Source: an uncultured Chlamydiales bacterium (GTDB taxonomy: Bacteria; Chlamydiota; Chlamydiia; Chlamydiales; Rhabdochlamydiaceae). From it: DNA of 64,000 nucleotides. Each line of letters opens with the position of its first letter. Position 1 is the first letter of the stretch. The translations under genes were made by a program, and so were the position numbers. The notes under the pieces were generated by a model. It was not told the DNA's origin. It did not search any database and was given only the letters and a program-made list of their open reading frames with translations. Positions 20,216-28,311 of the stretch are shown here, one piece after another. The DNA lies in contig OY969554.1 of the NCBI GenBank assembly GCA_963700985.1, positions 1,344,001 through 1,408,000 on the forward strand, in the 5' to 3' direction.

Positions 20216-21190
20216 ATGGCAGCAATCTCTGATGCAGTGTACTGGATAGACGCAGGTTACATCGTTGCTATGACCGAAGATGAGAAAGAGGATGCGCGCC
20301 ATCGGGCTATCCTCAAGATCTGGGAAAATATCCAGTCGCAGTTCGAATTTCCAATAGTTGTAAAAGATACAAAGCTGGCATTAGCCCTTCTAAAAGAAGA
20401 AAGAAATTTCCCGACTTTTACGTCCGTTACGCAACTGAATTTATTTGGCGCGGGGCTCCCGTTTCTTCCTAATGAGACATTCAACTTATGCTCTCTTAAA
20501 AGCCTAAATCTCGCTGGTAATGCGCTCCTCGATCTGCCACCTCGTATCACTAGGCTTCAACAACTGGAAGTGCTTAAGTTGGAGGGTAACCCCTTAAAGG
20601 CTCCTCAATATCAAAAAATTGCACGCATTTTATGTGAATTTCCTAACTTGCACACCTTCACGCATCATAGCCAATTACTCATGGACACATACGATGCAGA
20701 AAAGGCTCAAAGCTTAGCTATTTGTAGAGCTTGGGAACAAATTCGCCTCGAACCCGATCAATCTGATGATCTCGATTGTAAATCATTCGATCTTCAATTA
20801 GATAAGCTCTTCAATGGAGCCACACCCACTCCTAGCCAGATACGCGAAGCACTAGAGATGTGTCGGAAACAGTTTCCCAGCGCACTTACTAGCATACGCG
20901 AGCTTTCCCTTAGGGCATTGAGATTACAAACATTTCCTCCTGAGCTACGTTGCTTAAAGATGCTTCAAGAGTTAGATCTTTCGCGGAATCTATTTTCGGA
21001 AGTTCCAAAAGAAGTATACGAATTTAAAGAGCTAAAAACTTTGAAATTAGCGCAGAATCCCATTCCTGCAAGCCGGCATAAAGGCATCGTGAAAGAACTT
21101 AAATCTGCTCTACTAAAGATTGAAGAGGTACATCTGCCAGTAGTGCCAAAAAGAGATCAAACTAAATCCACTGTTTGCGTCATTATGTAA
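20216..21190 (+). CDS. Leucine-rich repeat protein with C-terminal CaaX (CVIM), putative effector
   Basis: LKSLNLAGNAL, LEVLKLEGNPL, LQELDLSRNLF; ends RDQTKSTVCVIM*. Confidence 0.9.
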   Translation: MAAISDAVYWIDAGYIVAMTEDEKEDARHRAILKIWENIQSQFEFPIVVKDTKLALALLKEERNFPTFTSVTQLNLFGAGLPFLPNETFNLCSLKSLNLAGNALLDLPPRITRLQQLEVLKLEGNPLKAPQYQKIARILCEFPNLHTFTHHSQLLMDTYDAEKAQSLAICRAWEQIRLEPDQSDDLDCKSFDLQLDKLFNGATPTPSQIREALEMCRKQFPSALTSIRELSLRALRLQTFPPELRCLKMLQELDLSRNLFSEVPKEVYEFKELKTLKLAQNPIPASRHKGIVKELKSALLKIEEVHLPVVPKRDQTKSTVCVIM

Positions 21191-21217
21191 TCCGATTTCT
21201 TAAAGAATGGAGGCAAA

Positions 21218-22273
21218 ATGGCAGCAATTTCAGGCAAAGAGAGACGGATAACTACATTTGAGGTGGAACCATCTGCACTTTTGCGTTCGCAAAGAGAATT
21301 TGAACTGAAAGAAAGGTTGCGTTTTCAAGCTATTGCCGCAATCTGGAAAAAGCTCGAGTTTGAATACCCAATCGTGGTAAAAAAAGGCGCGAGACAGATG
21401 CTAAGCCTCATTGGAAACCCAGAAAACTTTCCAACTTTTAAGCACATCACAGCATTGAATCTATCCAACTTAACGCTACCTCTCATCCCAGATGAGCTAT
21501 TCGTTGGGCTAAAAAATCTTAAAACCTTAAATCTCGCAGGAAATGCGCTTCACGATCTTCCCGAAACCATCACCTATCTCACTGAATTGGAAACGCTCCA
21601 ACTTGAGAATAGTCCCCTTACTCAGCTTCAAAACGTCATTCGTCTTCTATGTGCACTGCCTAAATTGCAAAAACTTACACATCACAGCGAAATATTCGCC
21701 GCCGCTTTCAAAGCTGAACAAAATCTCCGTGCAGCCAAAAAAATTGAAGGTCTAGCTATTTGTAATGCGTGGGAACAGATTAGACGCACCCTTTTAGGCT
21801 ACCCTCCACTTAAGAAAACCATTGCCAGTAACCCCGCATTAAAAGCCATGTTAGAGGGTCCGTTTGAAGCTGATCCCGTTAATGCTTATGATTCATTAAA
21901 AAAATGCCAGCAATATCCTTCTAATCCGCTTGATTGCGTGCGTGAGCTCTCTCTCAAAGGACAGGAATTACTGACCTTCCCCCCAGAACTTTGCTGCCTT
22001 CGCGAACTTCGCGCGTTAGATCTTTCACGTAATAAATTTCCTAGAATTCCTACTGGAATACTCCTCTTCAGGAATTTAGAGACTCTGATTTTAGACTATA
22101 ACCCCCTGACTTCGAGCGAATATGAAAGCGCCCGTAAAATGCTGATCGAAGCTCTACCTAGTTTAAAAAATGTGCGCTTTCTCGGGATTTTAGCGAGGAT
22201 TTCAGAGAAGGATGAACACAAAGAAGATCAAACTCCTGACGCTGCAGTCGAAGCTAAAGAACATAAAACTTAA
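21218..22273 (+). CDS. Leucine-rich repeat protein, paralogue lacking CaaX
   Basis: Same architecture (LKTLNLAGNAL, AICNAWEQIR, LRALDLSRNKF); ends EDQTPDAAVEAKEHKT*. Confidence 0.9.
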   Translation: MAAISGKERRITTFEVEPSALLRSQREFELKERLRFQAIAAIWKKLEFEYPIVVKKGARQMLSLIGNPENFPTFKHITALNLSNLTLPLIPDELFVGLKNLKTLNLAGNALHDLPETITYLTELETLQLENSPLTQLQNVIRLLCALPKLQKLTHHSEIFAAAFKAEQNLRAAKKIEGLAICNAWEQIRRTLLGYPPLKKTIASNPALKAMLEGPFEADPVNAYDSLKKCQQYPSNPLDCVRELSLKGQELLTFPPELCCLRELRALDLSRNKFPRIPTGILLFRNLETLILDYNPLTSSEYESARKMLIEALPSLKNVRFLGILARISEKDEHKEDQTPDAAVEAKEHKT

Positions 22274-22308
22274 TAGAACCTGTAAATTAAAAAATAACGG
22301 AGAAAATT

Positions 22309-23466
22309 ATGGCTCACGTATCAGACGCTGCTGTTAGAGGGCATTCACTCCTCAATCGAAGGGCCTCAACAGCCTATGCTGAATTTGCGGCTCCCGCCCC
22401 AAGAAGTGGCTCACACAAAGACGACCATAAAGTGGATGGACCCTCGGAAGCTGATCGAGAAAGATCTATTAAATTTATCTGGGAAAAATTCGAATCTCAC
22501 ATCAACCCTCCAATCCCCGTAAAAGATGGTAGCGAAATGCTCGCAGCGCTCAGAAACCCTGAAAATTTGGCAGCGTTTGCAAAAGTAACTGAGTTAGACC
22601 TTTCAAGTTTTGCTGCTTTCAATTTGAATTTCCGATGTCTCCCGATAGAACTATTTGAGCTCCCTCTCGCTTCTTTAAAGTTAATCGGCCCTGAGGCACT
22701 GGTCATTCCTGATGAACTCTGTAAGCTCGACAAGCTTAAAGTGCTTATTGCTCGCGGCCTTAGTCTTCAAGCTCTCCCCAAAGGAATCGCCCTGCTTCCT
22801 AGACTAGAACATCTAGATCTAAGATTTAATTTGCTCACCAAAAAAGCTTGCAAAGCCGTGGCACGAGCGTTAACTGACATCCCAAGCTTAAAATCCGTCT
22901 TATTCGATACTGAGCGTGGGGAAAAAGATGTTGCTTTTGCTAATGAAAGAGCAAAATCTAATGCTTTGGTGAGAGTGTGGAAGGAACTAGGCGATTTTAT
23001 CGGTGGAAATGAGGCTTGGCAAAAGGCGGTCGAGAGCAATTCTTTGCTAAGAGAAATCTATAGCAATCCTCAGCCGCGCCCTTCACAACTTCGTTCATTT
23101 TTTAATACATGCTTTAAAGAAAGGATCTATTGTTTTGATTCCATTCTCAAGCTAGACCTTAACGGTCTGGACTTAACGACGATCCCGGCTGAATTACGCT
23201 GTCTTCGTAAGGTGCAAGTAATTACTCTTTCTAACAATCGAGTTTCTGATGAAACCATCCCTCTAGATCCCCAAGAAATCCTAGCCCAATTTCAAGAATT
23301 AGTTGTACTCGATCTACGGGGTAATGATATCCCAGCAGAAGAAAATGCTGAAATCCGTAAAAAATTGCTTACGATATGTAAAAAACTTAAAACCATCCAT
23401 TTCCCAAAGGATGACCCGGTACCACAGAGAAATCAATCTCGCTCTATTGCCTGCATAGTCATGTGA
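22309..23466 (+). CDS. Leucine-rich repeat protein with C-terminal CaaX (CIVM), putative effector
   Basis: VTELDLSSF, LEHLDLRFNLL, LVVLDLRGNDI; ends RNQSRSIACIVM*. Confidence 0.88.
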   Translation: MAHVSDAAVRGHSLLNRRASTAYAEFAAPAPRSGSHKDDHKVDGPSEADRERSIKFIWEKFESHINPPIPVKDGSEMLAALRNPENLAAFAKVTELDLSSFAAFNLNFRCLPIELFELPLASLKLIGPEALVIPDELCKLDKLKVLIARGLSLQALPKGIALLPRLEHLDLRFNLLTKKACKAVARALTDIPSLKSVLFDTERGEKDVAFANERAKSNALVRVWKELGDFIGGNEAWQKAVESNSLLREIYSNPQPRPSQLRSFFNTCFKERIYCFDSILKLDLNGLDLTTIPAELRCLRKVQVITLSNNRVSDETIPLDPQEILAQFQELVVLDLRGNDIPAEENAEIRKKLLTICKKLKTIHFPKDDPVPQRNQSRSIACIVM

Positions 23467-23529
23467 GTTTGGATTATATAGCCCTCTATGTTAGGTTTAT
23501 TATTGTCGTCTAAAAATAGGAGACGTTTT

Positions 23530-23682
23530 ATGAAAGGAAAATTTCTTTTAGCTCTACTAGCAGGACTTTTTGCAACAAGCTTCATTACCCCTAGCAATGA
23601 CTGTGGAAGTTGCGGCGGCAAAGGAAATCATTCAGAATCTCTTCTGGATGGAAGCTGCGATAGATGCAAAAAAGGTCGCTAG
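23530..23682 (+). CDS. Small exported protein (50 aa) with two CxxC motifs
   Basis: aggag SD before the ATG at 23530; MKGKFLLALLAGLFATSF signal-like segment; CGSC and CDRC. Confidence 0.6.
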   Translation: MKGKFLLALLAGLFATSFITPSNDCGSCGGKGNHSESLLDGSCDRCKKGR

Positions 23683-23695
23683 AAAATAGAGGCTT

Positions 23696-24382
23696 TTAAG
23701 GCGGGGTGCCTTGTGCCCCCGCTTCATACCATTGACGCAATGCTGTTAAAGAACTTGCAATCTGCTGAGAAAAGGCCTCTTGAGCCTCTTTCTTTGCCAG
23801 ATGTGCGAATGCATCGTAACGAATTGGCGAACCAAAAACGCTAGCCGTTCTACCTGAGAATCTGGGAAATTTCTGGAAGCGACTCCAAATCTTAAAAGTT
23901 CCGTGAATATATAGCGGTTGAATGAACGCTCCGGTGCGCGAGATGAGTAACGACATGCCCGGCTTGATCTCTTCTAATTGATCGCTGCTTTCACGCGTAC
24001 CTTCTGGAAACAAGAGGACTTTCTTGCCTTCTTTCAACAATTGGCAGATGAGTTTAAAAACTGCCACATCGCCCGTGTCTCCACGTACGGGATGGGCGTT
24101 GAGCGCGCGAATTAGGTTACCGAAAAGGGGAAATCTAAAAAGCGAGTCGCGCGCGAGAAAATGCACCTCTTCGGGAGAGGAGATAGCTCCGATGGGAGGA
24201 TCGTAAAACGAGGCATGATTGGCCGCAATGATCGCTCCACCGGGCGCGAAATTCTCAATTCCATAGACTTGATGTCGATAGAAAAGCTTAAAATACCCCT
24301 TGGCCATTGCCAAAATGGTGCGATAAAGCAGGTTCCCTTTGCTGAATTCACTCTCTTCTTGCATGGCCTTTCTTCTCCGCAT
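23696..24382 (-). CDS. plsC: 1-acyl-sn-glycerol-3-phosphate acyltransferase
   Basis: NHASFYD and FPEGTR motifs. The true start may be the Met at 24364. Confidence 0.95.
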   Translation of the reverse strand: MRRRKAMQEESEFSKGNLLYRTILAMAKGYFKLFYRHQVYGIENFAPGGAIIAANHASFYDPPIGAISSPEEVHFLARDSLFRFPLFGNLIRALNAHPVRGDTGDVAVFKLICQLLKEGKKVLLFPEGTRESSDQLEEIKPGMSLLISRTGAFIQPLYIHGTFKIWSRFQKFPRFSGRTASVFGSPIRYDAFAHLAKKEAQEAFSQQIASSLTALRQWYEAGAQGTPP

Positions 24383-25034
24383 ATTCCAGAATCAAAGTTA
24401 CTACTTGATCGATTGAAAGATTAGAAGTATCAACTCGAAAAGCGTCTTTAGGACAGATCAATGGCGCATGTTCACGGGTTGAATCGATCTCATCACGCTT
24501 TATGATCTCTTCTAACATCTTCTGATGATCAAGCGTTTGTGCGAGCTCAGGATTCTTAGCGATTAATTCTTCAAGCCGCCTTTTGGCACGCACTTCAGGC
24601 GCTGCGGTTAAAAAAATCTTAAGTTCAGCATTCGGAAAAATGACGCTTCCCATATCTCTGCCTTCAAAGACGGAGTTTCCATGAGCCGCGAAGGTGCGTT
24701 GGATTTTGCCAAGAGCGTTACGTATTGGTAGCAAAGCCGCGACTTCAGAAACACGCGCGGTGATTTCGCGCGAGCGAATGACCTCTGTTACTTCATCTTT
24801 GCCCACAAAATAGCGTTTATTTTTGTTCTCTTCTGTGATGCGAAATGAAAAATTCTCTAGGAGCTTTTCAATTGCAGGAAGATCTTTTAGATCGGTTCCA
24901 CTTTGCAGAATCAGCCAGGTAACTGCACGATACATAGCGCCGGTATCGAAGTAAGCAAAATGTAAGCGCCCAGCCACAGTTTTTGCCACCGTGGTTTTAC
25001 CCGTCCCTGCTGGTCCATCGATGGTGATGATCAT
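24348..25034 (-). CDS. cmk: Cytidylate kinase
   Basis: ITIDGPAGTGKTT, DTGAMYRA, EGRDMGSVIFP. Confidence 0.97.
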   Translation of the reverse strand: MIITIDGPAGTGKTTVAKTVAGRLHFAYFDTGAMYRAVTWLILQSGTDLKDLPAIEKLLENFSFRITEENKNKRYFVGKDEVTEVIRSREITARVSEVAALLPIRNALGKIQRTFAAHGNSVFEGRDMGSVIFPNAELKIFLTAAPEVRAKRRLEELIAKNPELAQTLDHQKMLEEIIKRDEIDSTREHAPLICPKDAFRVDTSNLSIDQVVTLILEYAEKKGHARRE

Positions 25035-25048
25035 GATTATCTCAAAGT

Positions 25049-25921
25049 TTAATGCATCCGAAGGAACAGATAGACAATGGGAGCGGTAAATAATAGCGAA
25101 TCTAACAAGTCAAGGACCCCTCCAATGCCTGGTAGATTGTTGCTGTCTTTTACTAGAGCATCACGTTTAAGCAAAGATTCAGCCAAATCACCTACTTGCC
25201 CGACAATGCCTATCAGCATTCCCATCCAGATCGAATCTGCAAGCGAAAGGTCGAACATTCCATTAGAGAAATTCTTGCCCAAAAGGTAGAGCAGAATACT
25301 AGCGCCAACGGCGGCAAAAAATCCTGCTACGGCGCCCTCAACGGTTTTTTTAGGGCTCAAAACAGGGGCGAGTTTATGATTGCCCCAGAGCCTTCCAACA
25401 AAATAAGCCCCAATATCTGAGATCTTGGTCACAATGACCAGATATCCTAGCCACCATCTGCCATCTTGAGGAATCAGATGTGAAGAGATTGGATAGAGAA
25501 TACCTAACATGAAGCAGAGCGGAAGCGCTACGTAACAAACCCCAAAAAACTCTACCGCAATGTGCTCAAGTGCATTATGCGACTCTTTAAAATGGAAAAT
25601 AAAAAAAGTCACGACTCCAATGATCAAAATAGCCAGAGGAAGAAGTGAGGAATATTGTAATTTTTGCGCGAAAAAAAAGGCCAAGACTTCGCAAAAGGCT
25701 AGCCCCATCATCAGATTAGACGCGGGCTTTAATCCTTTCGCATGTGCCAGCTTTATATACTCCCAAACGCCCATTACCGCTGCGCCCGCTACGCTCAGCA
25801 CTAGGAGAACTCCAACCCATTTTACTTGAGAAAAGGTGATCAGAAAGCCGACAAAGGCCACAACAAATACTGAAACCAAGAGCCGCTTGTTGAGGTCGGC
25901 CAATCTTTTCATCTTAAACAT
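25049..25921 (-). CDS. cdsA: Phosphatidate cytidylyltransferase
   Basis: SPKKTVEG, GDLAESLLKR..VKDS..LPGIGGVLD. Confidence 0.97.
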   Translation of the reverse strand: MFKMKRLADLNKRLLVSVFVVAFVGFLITFSQVKWVGVLLVLSVAGAAVMGVWEYIKLAHAKGLKPASNLMMGLAFCEVLAFFFAQKLQYSSLLPLAILIIGVVTFFIFHFKESHNALEHIAVEFFGVCYVALPLCFMLGILYPISSHLIPQDGRWWLGYLVIVTKISDIGAYFVGRLWGNHKLAPVLSPKKTVEGAVAGFFAAVGASILLYLLGKNFSNGMFDLSLADSIWMGMLIGIVGQVGDLAESLLKRDALVKDSNNLPGIGGVLDLLDSLLFTAPIVYLFLRMH

Positions 25922-25923
25922 CT

Positions 25924-26697
25924 TTATCCTCCTAACCTACGATCGCGCTTTTGATAATCTACTATTGCTTCAATCAGATCTTTTTCTGAAAAATCAGGCC
26001 ATAGGGTCTTTGTAATATATATTTCAGTGTAGGAGATCTGCCAAAGTAAAAAATTACTTAATCTGGCCTCGCCGCTTGTGCGGATCATGAGGTCGGGGTC
26101 TTTCCATTGTGCTGTATCCAAGTAAGCTGCAAAGCTCTTTTCGGTAAAAGTCTCTTTTGAGAGTTTGCCTTGCGCGATGTCATCTGCGGCGGCCAGTACG
26201 GCGCGCCTAATCTCATCACGGCTGCCATAATTTAAAGCGAGCACGAGCTCGATTTTTTCACAATGGGCTGTAGCCTGTTTGGTTGCAGCTAAAACTGCTT
26301 TAACTTCTTCGGGAAAGGGAGAGAGGTCTCCGATTGTATTTAGCCGCACTCCTTCTTGAATCATATGCTCTTTTTCTCTACGCAAAAAAGTGCATAGAAG
26401 ATTCATGAGTACGCTGATCTCTTCTGATGAGCGATTCCAGTTCTCGGTAGAAAATGAATAGAGAGTCAGAACTTTGATGCCTATGGAAGAAGCCACATCG
26501 ATGATTTTTAAAAGGGTCTCCGCACCTTTCCAATGACCAGCAGCGGCTGGAAGGAAACGACTCTTAGCCCAACGACGATTTCCATCCATGACAATCGCCA
26601 CATGGTGAGGAATGCGCTTTGGGTCGAGTAACGGGGGAGACTTCAGGCATAAATTCGCCTTTACAGACTTAGTCGAATGAGCGGCCGTCATAGTCAT
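25924..26697 (-). CDS. uppS: Undecaprenyl diphosphate synthase
   Basis: HVAIVMDGNRRWA, FSTENWNRS, IRTSGEARLSNFLLWQ. Confidence 0.98.
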   Translation of the reverse strand: MTMTAAHSTKSVKANLCLKSPPLLDPKRIPHHVAIVMDGNRRWAKSRFLPAAAGHWKGAETLLKIIDVASSIGIKVLTLYSFSTENWNRSSEEISVLMNLLCTFLRREKEHMIQEGVRLNTIGDLSPFPEEVKAVLAATKQATAHCEKIELVLALNYGSRDEIRRAVLAAADDIAQGKLSKETFTEKSFAAYLDTAQWKDPDLMIRTSGEARLSNFLLWQISYTEIYITKTLWPDFSEKDLIEAIVDYQKRDRRLGG

Positions 26698-28007
26698 ATG
26701 TTAGAAGTAAAGGCATCGGCTAGATCGCCTAGTATAAGGGTTTGATGACGTTCTGGACCGGTGGAAATAAAGCTGATTGGAGCCTCGCATAACTCTTCGA
26801 TACGCGCTAGATAGCTTCTTGCCAATTTAGGAAGATCTTCCAGCGTTTTGGCCTCATGCGTCGGCATGAGCCAACCTTTATGCGTTTCGTAAATCGGCTC
26901 AACTCTTCCTAGCACCTCAGAGGAGGCCGGAAAGTAAGACAGTTCGTTGCCATCCAGCTTGTATCCGGTGCAAATTTTTATCTCTGAAAGTTTATCTAAT
27001 ACGTCGAGTTTTGTGACGGCCATTGAGTCAACTCCATTGAGCTGCACAGAACGCCTCACAAGTGGCGCATCAAACCAAGCTAATCTGCGTTTTCGTCCAG
27101 TTGTGGTTCCTACTTCTCGAGCTTGCTGATGATCTAAAAATTTACTCTCTTCTTCGGGAGTTAAAGCTGTTGGAAGTGGGCCATTTCCCACGCGAGTAGT
27201 ATAAGCTTTTACCACCCCGAGCGTATGATCGATACTCGTAGGTCCAATACCGGCACCTGCGCAAATACCAGCAGATAGAGTGCTTGATGAAGTTACAAAA
27301 GGATATGTGCCAAAAGTAATATCTAAAAAGGTGCCGTGTGCGCCTTCAAAAAGCATCGTCTCATCATTTTGCAGCGCTTTTGCGAGCTCCTGTTCGACAT
27401 CGGTCACAAAAGGCAAGAGTTTGGCACCAAAAGCCGCATATTGTTCATAAAGACGGTCAAAATCTAAAGCAGGTTCTTGATAGAGCTGCTGTAGTTCTGC
27501 ATTCTTCAACTGTAAAACGGGTTTGAGAACACTTCTTAAAATTGCAGGGTCAACTAAGTCGCAAACGCGAATGCCGATGCGTGCTGTTTTATCTGTGTAG
27601 CAAGGTCCGATGCCTCTACCAGTTGTGCCAATTGCATTGGCGCCTTTTTTCTTCTCTTGAAGGCGATCTATTTCACGATGATAGGAAAATACAACATGTG
27701 CATAAGGTGATAAAAATAGGCGCCCTTTAACCTTCACGCCTTTTGATTCTAAGCCAGCAACTTCTTGAAGAAAGCTCTCTGGATCTAAGACTACGCCGCC
27801 ACCAATAAAACAAAGAGTATGCGGATAGAGAATTCCAGAAGGAATCAGGTGAAAACGGTACTCTTCTCCACGCACGGAAATTGTATGACCAGCGTTATTT
27901 CCTCCTTGAGAGCGCACTACGTATTTAGCTTGCTCGGAAAGAATATCGATCATCTTTCCTTTCCCTTCATCACCCCATTGAGTACCCACGACGATTACTG
28001 CTGGCAT
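26694..28007 (-). CDS. purA: Adenylosuccinate synthetase
   Basis: QWGDEGKGK, GGNNAGHT, YPFVTSS, GTTTGRKRR. Confidence 0.99.
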   Translation of the reverse strand: MPAVIVVGTQWGDEGKGKMIDILSEQAKYVVRSQGGNNAGHTISVRGEEYRFHLIPSGILYPHTLCFIGGGVVLDPESFLQEVAGLESKGVKVKGRLFLSPYAHVVFSYHREIDRLQEKKKGANAIGTTGRGIGPCYTDKTARIGIRVCDLVDPAILRSVLKPVLQLKNAELQQLYQEPALDFDRLYEQYAAFGAKLLPFVTDVEQELAKALQNDETMLFEGAHGTFLDITFGTYPFVTSSSTLSAGICAGAGIGPTSIDHTLGVVKAYTTRVGNGPLPTALTPEEESKFLDHQQAREVGTTTGRKRRLAWFDAPLVRRSVQLNGVDSMAVTKLDVLDKLSEIKICTGYKLDGNELSYFPASSEVLGRVEPIYETHKGWLMPTHEAKTLEDLPKLARSYLARIEELCEAPISFISTGPERHQTLILGDLADAFTSNI

Positions 28008-28311
28008 TTTTTATGACCTAGAATATTAAAAGTAAAAAAACACAAGATATCAGCTTAGCCTAAAAAGCTCTCTTAAAACTAGATCTTTCAGAATTAGGAG
28101 GAAATTTTTGAAGAGGAAAAAGGAAGAGAGTCTATTTCTTTTTTGATGGACGCAGTGGACGTTGTGGATCAAAGATTGGACGAAGTGGACAGATACATGT
28201 ACAAACCTTCTTTGGTGCATTGCCCAACCCCTCTTCAAAGATTTTTTTTAAACTAGACAGAATCCGCACTCCATAAGTATTGTTCTAAGGTTTCTAACTA
28301 TTTAATTAGGG

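Noticed and set aside
18054-23700. Integrative element or prophage at tRNA-Leu
   Set aside because: No integrase, no duplicated tRNA 3' end seen, and housekeeping thiN lies in between.
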